DNA of 64,000 nt from Chloroflexota bacterium (GTDB lineage: Bacteria > Chloroflexota > Dehalococcoidia > Lucifugimonadales > GCA-002723415), in contig PBKN01000008.1 of assembly GCA_002721445.1 (NCBI GenBank), positions 4,156 through 68,155 on the forward strand, in the 5' to 3' direction. The position numbers were made by a program, and so were the translations under genes. Positions 18,735 through 27,851 of this stretch are shown piece by piece; the first letter of the stretch is position 1; each line of letters starts with the position of its first letter. The notes under the pieces were generated by a model that saw nothing but the letters and a program-made list of their open reading frames with translations, was not told the origin of the DNA and searched no databases.

Positions 18735-19406
18735 TCAATTCAATATAGATTTGTTTCCTATAAATTCATCAACAAACCTTAATTGATTAGCTCTAGTCTC
18801 TTTATTAAGTAATTTAATAAGTTTTTCTACTCTACTTTGACCAGATAATTGTTCCAAAACAATCTGCAAATCAAAAAAATCTGATTGCAATCTAGATAAA
18901 ACAAAATAAATTAAGCTATTGGTATTTTGAGGTATATTTATTTTATTAAACCACTCATTTTCAAATAAATTTATACTGTTCAAATAATCTTCAACTGATA
19001 ACTTTAATTCAAGAATTTTATCTTCGCTTGCATATGGTTTTTCATTTAAAGATCCTAGTAACTCAACTTCTGCGTAAACATAATCTTCTTGGTCTATTAT
19101 TTTTTGAATTTTAAAAATTTCTTGCCCTACAACCTTGATATCATATCCATATTCAACTTCCCAAATCTTATCTATTTTGGCAATAGTACCAATTCCAAAA
19201 AATTCTGCAGAACCTCCTACTTCATCTCCTTCTTTAATCAAGCATATTCCAAATAAGCTATGATTATTGATGCAATCAGTTATCATAGTTTTATATCTGT
19301 TTTCAAAAATTTTTAAAGGCAAAGTCATACCTGGGAACAAGATAGTATTTAGAGGGAAAATAGGTATCTTAATTATATTTGACATAAATATTAAATTCCT
19401 AAACAT
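18735..19406 (-). CDS. LON N-terminal (substrate-binding) domain-only protein
   Basis: IPIFPLNTILFPGMTLPLKIFENRYKTMI is the canonical start of the Lon N-domain. No AAA+ or protease part is present. Confidence 0.7.
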   Translation of the reverse strand: MFRNLIFMSNIIKIPIFPLNTILFPGMTLPLKIFENRYKTMITDCINNHSLFGICLIKEGDEVGGSAEFFGIGTIAKIDKIWEVEYGYDIKVVGQEIFKIQKIIDQEDYVYAEVELLGSLNEKPYASEDKILELKLSVEDYLNSINLFENEWFNKINIPQNTNSLIYFVLSRLQSDFFDLQIVLEQLSGQSRVEKLIKLLNKETRANQLRFVDEFIGNKSILN

Positions 19407-19485
19407 AGATCTATTAATTTATATATTAAAATATATCATAATTTATAGTAAGAATAAATTTTAATATTATTAAAATCTAAATATG

Positions 19486-19561
19486 TGGCAGGAGCGGCAG
19501 GATTCGAACCCGCGACCCTCGGTTTTGGAGACCGATGCTCTACCAACTGAGCTACGCTCCT
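19486..19561 (-). tRNA. trnW: tRNA-Trp (anticodon CCA), 3' CCA encoded
   Basis: The reverse complement AGGAGCG-TA-GCTC-AGTTGGTA-GAGC-A-TCGGT-CTCCAAA-ACCGA-GGGTC-GCGGG-TTCGAAT-CCTGC-CGCTCCT-G-CCA folds as a 76-nt cloverleaf. Confidence 0.95.
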
Positions 19562-19611
19562 AAGATAATCAACCTTAATATGATATAAGATTACTAAGAA
19601 TTTATCTAGGT

Positions 19612-19970
19612 AACGCTCAAGGCAGCCTATAAGCCGAGTTCTGTACTGTTTAACCAGCGGTGATCATCTATCTAGCTCTAACGTTACCGTTAGAATCAAG
19701 CAGCCAACCCGGGAATAGCCGGATACTTTTATTCCTCTATTTGGCCTTGCTCCAGATGGGGTTTACCTAGCCTATAATGTTACCATTAAAGCGGTAAGCT
19801 CTTACCTTACCTTTTCACCCTTACTTGATAAACAAGCGGTATATTTCTGTGGCACTTTCCGGCGAATCACTTCGCCCCGCCGTTAACGGGCATCTTATCC
19901 GGTGGAGCTCGGACTTTCCTCCCTTTAATTAATATATAAATTAAACGGCGATCACCCAGCTACCTTGAAC
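19612..19970 (-). ncRNA. rnpB: RNase P RNA, bacterial type A (ends +/-10 nt)
   Basis: The minus strand reads GGAGGAAAGTCCGAGCTCC (around 19904-19923), GTAAGGGTGAAAAGGT, GGAGCAAGGCCAAATAG and ACAGAACTCGGCTTATAGGCTGCCTTGA (around 19617-19650). P1 pairs CAAGGTAGC with GCTGCCTTG. Confidence 0.9.
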
Positions 19971-20014
19971 ATAACCAAGTTTATCACTTAATCCTAGAAA
20001 TATAAATTTATATT

Positions 20015-21343
20015 TCAACTTATTATTTCTATAGAATTCTTTTTTACTAAAATTTTAGCAATGATGTTAAACAAAAAACTACGTTTAGTTATTAAATCAT
20101 ATTTTGGCCAAATCTCATGAAAATTAGAATTTAAAAAATCTGATTTAAAGTTGTTATCAGATCCAGATCTACGTGAGTAATCAAGCTTGATAATATATTT
20201 ATTGATATCAAGTAAATTCATTTGACCTCTGGCAACTTTATTTACAGCTTTATAAAAATTCCTCTCTGCATTTTTAACATCTAGGTTTTCATTTTCAATT
20301 TTCTTCTTTAAATACGCATCAAAAGATTTATCCGGGGTTTTAGATAATAATTCATTAACTTTAAAAGCAACTAAATCTTCTAATTTATCTTCATTCCAAG
20401 TAACGTAATTACATGTCCCTTGGCTATTTTTTGTTTGACATTGATAATATCTGTAAACATTACGATTAATTTGACCGTCACTTTTTTTCCAACGCTGCCT
20501 CCTAGTTACTCCCATCATTTTTTCTCCACATTTATAACAATATATCAATCCAGATAATAAAAAAGGATTAACATTATTAGCATTTCTTGCAACATACTTT
20601 TTTTTCATTAAATCTTGAGCTTGTCTATATATACTAGAATCAATTATAGGTAAGTGACTTTTAGGCAACCTAAATCCATATCTAATATATGTACCTGTGT
20701 AAACAGGATTTTTTAAAATATGCCTAACTGCTAAAACATTCCACTCTTTCCCTCGTCTAGTTTGATATTTTTCTTTATTTAAAAATGCAGCAAGCTTTCT
20801 TAAACCTGTGTTCTCGTTAACATATTTTTGGAAAAGTAATTTAACTAAAGAAGACTCATCCTCTACTACTTCTAAGTCTCCTGATACTCCTTGTCTATAA
20901 CCGTAAGGAGGTCTTCCTAAAACTTTGCCCTGTAAAGCTTTAGATATCATTCCATTTTTTATATTTTCACTTTTAGACTTAGATACATTTCCAAAATCTA
21001 ATTGATTTAAAGAATTTTGAATAGGGTCAGGAAAATCATCATTAGCACATATTACTTTAGCACCTAGTAATTCAATATCACAAACTTTACGAATAACTGA
21101 TTCCAAATCATTACCAAAATGATAAATACTAGGAATTATTATTAGATATGATGATTTAGGATTTTCGATATATTTAACTAAATCAATATAAGATTTATCA
21201 GAGTCAAAAGAATTTGCGGCTTTATCGCAAAAGATTTTTATTACTTGGTGGAGGTTGTTTTCACAATATACTTCAAACTGTTTCTTCAATTCATCAAAAG
21301 AATGATTAACGTTATATAGAGAAAAATATGCTATCGCTCTCAT
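20015..21343 (-). CDS. large serine recombinase family protein, apparently catalytically degenerate
   Basis: The recombinase domain (GRPPYGYRQ, LKNPVYTGTY) and Zn ribbon (LLSGLIYCYKCGEKM...YYQCQT...GTCN) are clear. The N-terminal resolvase-like fold begins MRAIAYFSLYN instead of ..IY.R.S.. and has SIYHFGNDL where DRL.R is expected. Confidence 0.75.
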   Translation of the reverse strand: MRAIAYFSLYNVNHSFDELKKQFEVYCENNLHQVIKIFCDKAANSFDSDKSYIDLVKYIENPKSSYLIIIPSIYHFGNDLESVIRKVCDIELLGAKVICANDDFPDPIQNSLNQLDFGNVSKSKSENIKNGMISKALQGKVLGRPPYGYRQGVSGDLEVVEDESSLVKLLFQKYVNENTGLRKLAAFLNKEKYQTRRGKEWNVLAVRHILKNPVYTGTYIRYGFRLPKSHLPIIDSSIYRQAQDLMKKKYVARNANNVNPFLLSGLIYCYKCGEKMMGVTRRQRWKKSDGQINRNVYRYYQCQTKNSQGTCNYVTWNEDKLEDLVAFKVNELLSKTPDKSFDAYLKKKIENENLDVKNAERNFYKAVNKVARGQMNLLDINKYIIKLDYSRRSGSDNNFKSDFLNSNFHEIWPKYDLITKRSFLFNIIAKILVKKNSIEIIS

Positions 21344-21349
21344 TTATTA

Positions 21350-22072
21350 TTAATCCGAAAATATTATTCGATTACAAGTAGAACACCTAATAATAGTACT
21401 AGAATTTCTTACTCTTTGTAAATCAGCAGATGGAATAGATATTCTACATCCTTCACATTTACCTCTTATAACTTTTACTACAGCTAAGCCATCTTTAGAC
21501 TTTAAAAGCTGTTCGTACATCATTAGTATATCTTGTCTAATATTAGGAAGTATCTCTTTTCTAATAGATTTTAATTCATTGATTTTATTAACTAATATTT
21601 TTTCTTTATCAATTAATGCGGGCAAATCAGACTGTTTTTTATTATTTACTTCTAAAATTCTTTTATTTAAAGAATTGATTAATTTTTCAAAACTATCTAT
21701 TTTCATCATTATTTTTAATAATTTATCTTCATTATCAGATATCTTCTCTTCCAAAAAATTCTTCTCTCCATCTAATGCAATAAGTTCTTTAGAATTTTTT
21801 ATACTGCCTCCATATATTTTTTTACTTATTAAATTCACACTTTCTTGTATACTTGCAACATCTAATTCAACGTTGTTTTTCATTACTTGTAGCTTTTTCA
21901 AATTGCTAGAATTTATATTAAGTTTTTCCTCTAAAGAGTCTAATTCTTTTTTATCAGAAATTTTATATTTAATATCAGATAAAAGCTTAGACGAAGATAA
22001 TATATCTAAATCAAGAACCTGTAGTTTATAAACTTCTTCAAGTAAAAGTGTCAAATTAAATCCTCGCAACAA
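21350..22072 (-). CDS. coiled-coil C4 zinc-ribbon protein (COG1579 / DUF164-type)
   Basis: A long coiled coil ends in YEQLLKSKDGLAVVKVIRGKCEGCRISIP...IIRCSTCNRIIF. The start is TTG. Confidence 0.75.
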   Translation of the reverse strand: MLRGFNLTLLLEEVYKLQVLDLDILSSSKLLSDIKYKISDKKELDSLEEKLNINSSNLKKLQVMKNNVELDVASIQESVNLISKKIYGGSIKNSKELIALDGEKNFLEEKISDNEDKLLKIMMKIDSFEKLINSLNKRILEVNNKKQSDLPALIDKEKILVNKINELKSIRKEILPNIRQDILMMYEQLLKSKDGLAVVKVIRGKCEGCRISIPSADLQRVRNSSTIIRCSTCNRIIFSD

Positions 22073-22237
22073 ATATTCTTACTTCAGTTGTTTGTAGTTT
22101 AGTACACTAATAATTATTAGTACATAGTTATATAAAAAATTTAATAACAATATATAATAATAATAAGGTTTTTCAAACTAGTTTATAAAAATAACTTAGT
22201 GTAAGATAATTATTATTTATATCAATATTGTGCTTTA

Positions 22238-23689
22238 ATGAAAAACTCAATTTCGCAAATAAAAACACCCAAAACTAAGATTATTTGTACACTTGGTCCT
22301 TCAACTCATACAAAATCAGTAATAACAAAGTTAATTAAATCTGGTATGAGTATTGCTCGCCTTAATATGTCTCATGGAAGTCTAGAATCACATGAATCAT
22401 TAATACAAAATATTAGACAAATTTCATCTGATTTAGATACCCCTATTGGAATAATGATTGACATACCTGGCACTAAATACAGAATAAGTAAGCTTGAAAA
22501 TAAAGAATATGATCTGATTAAGGGAGAGAATATCACAATAACCACAAAAAAAATATTAGGTAACAACAAAATAATAAATGTCGAACCCAATGGGATTCAT
22601 AATGACATTAAATTGAATTCTAATATATTTATTGACGATGGATTAATTAAATTAAGAGCTATAAAAGTTAATGAAAAAGAAATAGTATGTAAAATTTTAA
22701 ATAATGGTAAAATTAGTCAAAAAAAAGGAATTACATTACCAGGGTTACCAACTTCCCTAAAATTTCCAGGGGAAAAATCTATAGAATGTCTCAAATTTGC
22801 TGACAATCAAAATCCTGATTTCATTGCTTTATCTAATATTACTTCAACAAAAGACATCTCAAAAGCTAAATCAATTTTAAAAAATACGGATGGTAAATCC
22901 AGTATAATTTCAAAAATAGAACGCCCTGAAGCACTTAAGAATATAAAATCAATTATAAAAACTAGTGATGCAATAATGGTAGCTAGAGGAGACTTAGGTG
23001 TTGAAGTGCCAATATCTAAGGTGCCTATAATTCAAAAAGAAATAATTGCAGAATGTAATAGAAATGGAAAACCTGTAATTACTGCTACTCAAATGTTAGA
23101 ATCTATGATTCACTCCTCAACTCCTACTAGAGCAGAAGTTACAGATATTGCTAATTCAATATTTGACGGTACAGATGCAATAATGTTGTCAGCAGAAACC
23201 TCAATTGGTAAATATCCTATAGAAGCAGTAAAAGTAATGTCTGAGATTGCTACTGAAACTGAAAATGTATTACCATATGAAAAAATAATAATGGAAAAGT
23301 CTCATCAAACTGAATCTAAAGCCGAAGACACTATTAGTTACGATGCATGCTGGTCAGCATATCAATTAAAAGCAAAACTTATAGTTGCATTTACTGAATC
23401 CGGAACTACTGCAAGCAGAGTTTCAAGATATAGACCTCCTACAAAAATTTTAGCATTGACACCCAAGGCAGAAGTACAAAGGAAATTAACGTTACTTTGG
23501 GGAGTGGTTCCTATAACAGTCGAAAAATTATTCAATGTTGATGATTTTTTTAATAAAGCTTTGGAACAATCAATATTAAATATGAATCTAAAAGAAAAAG
23601 ATCTATTAATCTTAGTAGCAGGTCTTCCTATAGGTGTGCCAGGAGGAACAAATTTGCTAAGAGTAATGACAGTACCAACTAAACAATGA
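22238..23689 (+). CDS. pyk: pyruvate kinase
   Basis: KIICTLGPST, MSIARLNMSHG, MVARGDLGVEVP and ATQMLESM are present. Confidence 0.95.
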   Translation: MKNSISQIKTPKTKIICTLGPSTHTKSVITKLIKSGMSIARLNMSHGSLESHESLIQNIRQISSDLDTPIGIMIDIPGTKYRISKLENKEYDLIKGENITITTKKILGNNKIINVEPNGIHNDIKLNSNIFIDDGLIKLRAIKVNEKEIVCKILNNGKISQKKGITLPGLPTSLKFPGEKSIECLKFADNQNPDFIALSNITSTKDISKAKSILKNTDGKSSIISKIERPEALKNIKSIIKTSDAIMVARGDLGVEVPISKVPIIQKEIIAECNRNGKPVITATQMLESMIHSSTPTRAEVTDIANSIFDGTDAIMLSAETSIGKYPIEAVKVMSEIATETENVLPYEKIIMEKSHQTESKAEDTISYDACWSAYQLKAKLIVAFTESGTTASRVSRYRPPTKILALTPKAEVQRKLTLLWGVVPITVEKLFNVDDFFNKALEQSILNMNLKEKDLLILVAGLPIGVPGGTNLLRVMTVPTKQ

Positions 23690-25896
23690 CCATTTCCAAA
23701 AATAATTTATCATTAAGAATATTTAACACCTTAAATAAACAAACCGAACAAATTATACCAATAAAAGATGGACATATAAGTATGTACACTTGTGGTCCTA
23801 CTGTTTACAGAGATGCTCATATTGGTAATCTTAGATCCTACCTTATGGCTGACTGGATAAGAAGATGTTTAGAATATCAAGGTATAAGAACTACTCATAT
23901 AAAAAACATAACGGATGTTGGACATATGAGGCAGGAAGTATTAGAACAAGGAGAAGATAAAATTATCGATGCAGCAATTAAAGAGGGTAAAACCACCTCA
24001 GAAATTGCTGATTTTTACACAAAAAGGTTCTTAAAAGATGAAAAACTACTAAATATATTACCTGCAACTAAATTTCCTAAAGCTACGGATCACATTGAAG
24101 AAATTATAGAAATGACATCTAAATTAATAGAAGCGAAAACGGCTTATGAAATTAATGGCAATATATATTTTTCTATTAAAAATTTTAAAAATTATGGTAA
24201 ATTATCAGGCAATACTCAAATTTCAAACCTTTTAAATAATCTTAGAATTGAGCAAGATACTAATAAAATTAATCCAAATGATTTTACCTTATGGAAAAAA
24301 GCTGAAAAAGGTAGGAAATTAAAATGGAAAAGCCCATGGGGTTACGGATTTCCTGGTTGGCATATTGAATGTTCAGCTATGTCTATAAAATACCTAGGTA
24401 ATTTTTTTGACATACATACTGGAGGGGTCGATAATATTTTCCCTCATCATGAAGGTGAAATAGCACAAAGCGAAGCTTATACTGGTAACCAAGTAGTTAA
24501 ATATTGGATACATGGACAACACTTATTAGCTGATGGTGTTAAAATGTCTAAATCTTCTGGAAACTCATATATTTTAAATGATTTCAAACGCCTAAATATT
24601 GACCCATTGGCTTTTAGATACTTATGTTTAACAACTAAATATAATACAAGACTAAATTTTACTTTTTCTTCTTTAAAAGCATCTCAAAAAGCTTTATTTA
24701 GACTTCAACATAGAATATGGGTTATCAGCAATGAAAAAAAATTAGAAAATAATACTAAAGTTGAAAATCAAATTCCAAATTGGGAAAATAAATTTTTAAG
24801 CTGTGTTTATAATAACCTAGACCTCCCAGTAGCATTATCAATAACTTGGGAATTAGTAAAATCTGATTTACCAAATCAAACTAAATTAAAATTAGTTGAA
24901 AAATTTGATAAAATATTAGGATTGAACCTTATTAAATCAATTAAGTATTTTAAAACACCAAAAGATTTACAGATTAAAATAACTAAACGCAGTTTATCTC
25001 GTTCCAAAAAAGATTTTCATTATTCCGATGAAATACGTAATCAGTTAAACAACGAATCATATGTAATTAATGATTACCATACAAATACTATTGTAAGACC
25101 AAAAATGAAATGGGAAAAATCGAAAGAATTATGGCAAACATTTTCTTCTTCAAAAGAAATAAAAAACTTAACTAATCAACCTCCCAAAAAAAAATTTTCT
25201 ATAGGTTTAGTAACTTTTAATAAGCTTTCTGATATAAAAAGGTCAATAGAAAGTGCTCTTAAATTTATAGATGCTAAAGATATTGAATATCTAATACTAG
25301 ATAATGGTTCGAATTTCAAAATAGGCAAATGGTTAGAAAACATTTCTACAAAATTTAAAAATATAAGGACGATACATATAGATCATTCTATTGGAGAAGC
25401 TGAAGCAAAAAATATTCTCATAAAGCAAAGCATAGGAGAAATTATAATATTACTAGACACAAGTATAGAAATATCTGGAGATATCTTTAATCCAATAGAT
25501 AAAACACTTTCAAATAAAAACATTGGTCTTACAGGTCCTTTTGGCCTAAAAACTAATGACCTTAACCATTTTCATGATGGAGAAGGAGAATATGGATATA
25601 TGGATGCAATGCAATTTTATTGCTTTGCATTTAGACGAAATATAATAAATGAAGTTGGATTTATGAGAAAAAGCTTCAGATTTTATCGTAATTTAGATAT
25701 AGATTACAGTTTTCAAATAAAAAACCAAGGATATAAAATACTAGCTGACCCTAATTTGCCAGTAATAAAACATCCACATAGTATATGGAATTCAACAGCT
25801 CCGGCATTACGTGATGAATTAAGCAAAAAAAACTATAAAAGATTTTTAGACAAATGGAGAAATAGAAAAGATTTACTTGAAATCAACCAAATGTAA
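23686..25896 (+). CDS. cysS: cysteine--tRNA ligase fused to a C-terminal family-2 glycosyltransferase domain
   Basis: The CysRS part carries MYTCGPTVYRDAHIGNLRSY, PGWHIECSAM, FPHHEGEIAQSE, KMSKSSGN and the normal C-terminal SKKDFHYSDEIRNQL block. From about nt 25195 the GT2-like blocks FSIGLVTFNK..LILDNGS..ILLDTS..RNLDIDYSFQIKNQGYKI follow. The ATGA start overlaps the pyk stop. Confidence 0.9.
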   Translation: MTISKNNLSLRIFNTLNKQTEQIIPIKDGHISMYTCGPTVYRDAHIGNLRSYLMADWIRRCLEYQGIRTTHIKNITDVGHMRQEVLEQGEDKIIDAAIKEGKTTSEIADFYTKRFLKDEKLLNILPATKFPKATDHIEEIIEMTSKLIEAKTAYEINGNIYFSIKNFKNYGKLSGNTQISNLLNNLRIEQDTNKINPNDFTLWKKAEKGRKLKWKSPWGYGFPGWHIECSAMSIKYLGNFFDIHTGGVDNIFPHHEGEIAQSEAYTGNQVVKYWIHGQHLLADGVKMSKSSGNSYILNDFKRLNIDPLAFRYLCLTTKYNTRLNFTFSSLKASQKALFRLQHRIWVISNEKKLENNTKVENQIPNWENKFLSCVYNNLDLPVALSITWELVKSDLPNQTKLKLVEKFDKILGLNLIKSIKYFKTPKDLQIKITKRSLSRSKKDFHYSDEIRNQLNNESYVINDYHTNTIVRPKMKWEKSKELWQTFSSSKEIKNLTNQPPKKKFSIGLVTFNKLSDIKRSIESALKFIDAKDIEYLILDNGSNFKIGKWLENISTKFKNIRTIHIDHSIGEAEAKNILIKQSIGEIIILLDTSIEISGDIFNPIDKTLSNKNIGLTGPFGLKTNDLNHFHDGEGEYGYMDAMQFYCFAFRRNIINEVGFMRKSFRFYRNLDIDYSFQIKNQGYKILADPNLPVIKHPHSIWNSTAPALRDELSKKNYKRFLDKWRNRKDLLEINQM

Positions 25897-25938
25897 AAAT
25901 TTTAATTAAATTGTTATCTATATCAATTGGGGGGAAAT

Positions 25939-26265
25939 ATGTTCTTCGAATTAAGAAAATACTATATACAAAAAGGCCAAAAAGATTCATGGATTAAATA
26001 TATGGAAAAAATAATAATGCCATTTCAAATTTCTAAAGGCATGGTTATAACTGGTACTTTTACAAGTAAGAATGACAAAGGGGAAGAATTGTATATTTGG
26101 TTAAGAAGATTTAATAGCGAAAAAGAAAAAGAACAATTATATAATGATGTATATGAAAGCGATAAATGGAAGACAGAAATATTCCCTCCGATACCTAAAT
26201 TAATTGATCGAAATAGAACAGTTGTCACAATAATTGAACCTACAAAAACATCGGTAATTAGATAA
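25939..26265 (+). CDS. NIPSNAP-family small protein
   Basis: FELRKYYIQKG...W..Y...I.P...LYIWLRRFNSEKE fits the NIPSNAP pattern. I chose the ATG at 25939 (GGGGGGA just upstream) over the track TTG at 25927. Confidence 0.6.
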   Translation: MFFELRKYYIQKGQKDSWIKYMEKIIMPFQISKGMVITGTFTSKNDKGEELYIWLRRFNSEKEKEQLYNDVYESDKWKTEIFPPIPKLIDRNRTVVTIIEPTKTSVIR

Positions 26266-26284
26266 TATAATTTTTACAATTTAA

Positions 26285-27850
26285 ATGAACAATGAATATG
26301 AAAATAATTTAATTTTTATTAACGTAAATATTATTACTTTAAACAGTAAAAGTCCTAAAGCAAATATATTAGGTATTAAAAATAATAAAATAAATTATAT
26401 CTCTGACCAATATAGTAAAAAAAATCTTAACAGGCTTAAATCTAATAAAACAAAAATTATAGATTGTAATGGTGCGACAATATTACCAGGCTTTATAGAT
26501 TCTCATTGTCATATTCTATCTTATATATCAAATTTATCTAACTTAAACTTAAATGATCTAAAAATATCTTCCATAAAAAATATCAAACAAGAATTAATTA
26601 AATATTCTAAAAAAATATCTCCAGGTGATTGGATAAAAGCAAATGGGTACCATGAATTCAATTTAATAGATAATCGGCACATTAACAAATCAGATATTGA
26701 TAAAATACTCCCCTCTAATCCAGTAAGAATAAAGCATGCCTCTGGACATGCAGATATTTTAAACAGTCTAGCATTAAAATCAATTGGAATTGATAATAAT
26801 TATATAGAACCTATAGGATCTTATATTGAACGTGATGATAGAGGTGAACCAACAGGATTATTAATTAATATGAATTCTATATTAAATAATAAAATTCCTA
26901 AAAGTGATCAACAGCAATTAAAAAAAAATGCAGAACGTGCTGACAAAGATTTTTTGTCAAAAGGCATAACTTCAATGCAAGATGCCACATATACTAATTC
27001 GATAAAAAGATGGGAATTATTTAACAAACTAAAAACTGATAATATTATTAAATCAAGAATAACATTTATGCCAGGATATGAATTTTTGCAAAAATTTATT
27101 GATGCAGAAATCAAATTTCAATCTGGAAATAATGATCTAAATATTGGTCCCTGTAAAATAATGTGTAATCTAACTGATGATGGCTTACATCCATCATATG
27201 AAATACTCAAAAAAATAGTAAACTTCGCTAATAAAAACAAATTTCCTGTAAGTATCCATGCAATCGAATCAGATGTAGTAGAAAAAGTTATTCAAATCCT
27301 CTATGAACAAAAACAAATAAATAATAATTTAGGCCTTAACTTAAGAAACAGAATAGAGCACTGTTCTGAAATTAATATTGAACAAATTATAAAATTAAAA
27401 GAATCAGGTGCATTAATATCAACTCAACCAGGATTTATATATACAAATGGCGCAAGGTATAAATCATTGATAAACATCAACAAACAAAGTTTTTTATACC
27501 CCATTAGATCAATAATGAATTATAAAATACCTATAGCTGCCAGCTCAGACTTCCCGATTTCTGATTTTAATCCACTAATTGGTATTTACTCTTTAATAAC
27601 AAGAAAAGATTCTCAAAATAATATATTAAACAAAAGCGAATCTATATCTATTAATGAAGCAATAAAATTGTATACATATTATGGAGCATATATATGTTCT
27701 CAAGAATCAATAAAAGGATCTATAGAAATTGGCAAATTAGCTGATTTAATAATGATGAATAATAATCCTTTAGACATGGAATATGAAAACATAAAAGAGC
27801 TAAAAAATTTAATGACAGTTATTAATGGTAAAATAGTATGGGAAAGTTAA
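26285..27850 (+). CDS. metal-dependent amidohydrolase (Amidohydro_3 / YtcJ-like)
   Basis: LPGFIDSHCHI, a later SIHAIES and a C-terminal GSIEIGKLADLIMM are present. Confidence 0.8.
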   Translation: MNNEYENNLIFINVNIITLNSKSPKANILGIKNNKINYISDQYSKKNLNRLKSNKTKIIDCNGATILPGFIDSHCHILSYISNLSNLNLNDLKISSIKNIKQELIKYSKKISPGDWIKANGYHEFNLIDNRHINKSDIDKILPSNPVRIKHASGHADILNSLALKSIGIDNNYIEPIGSYIERDDRGEPTGLLINMNSILNNKIPKSDQQQLKKNAERADKDFLSKGITSMQDATYTNSIKRWELFNKLKTDNIIKSRITFMPGYEFLQKFIDAEIKFQSGNNDLNIGPCKIMCNLTDDGLHPSYEILKKIVNFANKNKFPVSIHAIESDVVEKVIQILYEQKQINNNLGLNLRNRIEHCSEINIEQIIKLKESGALISTQPGFIYTNGARYKSLININKQSFLYPIRSIMNYKIPIAASSDFPISDFNPLIGIYSLITRKDSQNNILNKSESISINEAIKLYTYYGAYICSQESIKGSIEIGKLADLIMMNNNPLDMEYENIKELKNLMTVINGKIVWES

Positions 27851-27851
27851 A

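Noticed and set aside
19486-21343. An integrated prophage or genomic island at tRNA-Trp/rnpB, marked by the serine recombinase.
   Set aside because: No cargo genes are present, since the recombinase is flanked within 45 nt and 6 nt by conserved chromosomal features. I saw no duplicated tRNA or rnpB end elsewhere in the window. The catalytic motifs appear degenerate. It is reported as a possible domesticated remnant rather than a mobile element.
21579-22031. A 150-aa + strand ORF from the six-frame track.
   Set aside because: It lies entirely antisense to the well-supported coiled-coil Zn-ribbon CDS. Its translation is low-complexity Ser/Phe/Leu/Ile, as expected from the complement of a Lys/Glu/Asn-rich AT-rich gene. 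It has no SD.
22106-22121. A 16-bp palindrome ACTAATAATTATTAGT between the Zn-ribbon gene and pyk.
   Set aside because: A palindrome of this length and composition is expected by chance once or twice in the AT-rich intergenic DNA of a window this size. No second copy was seen.
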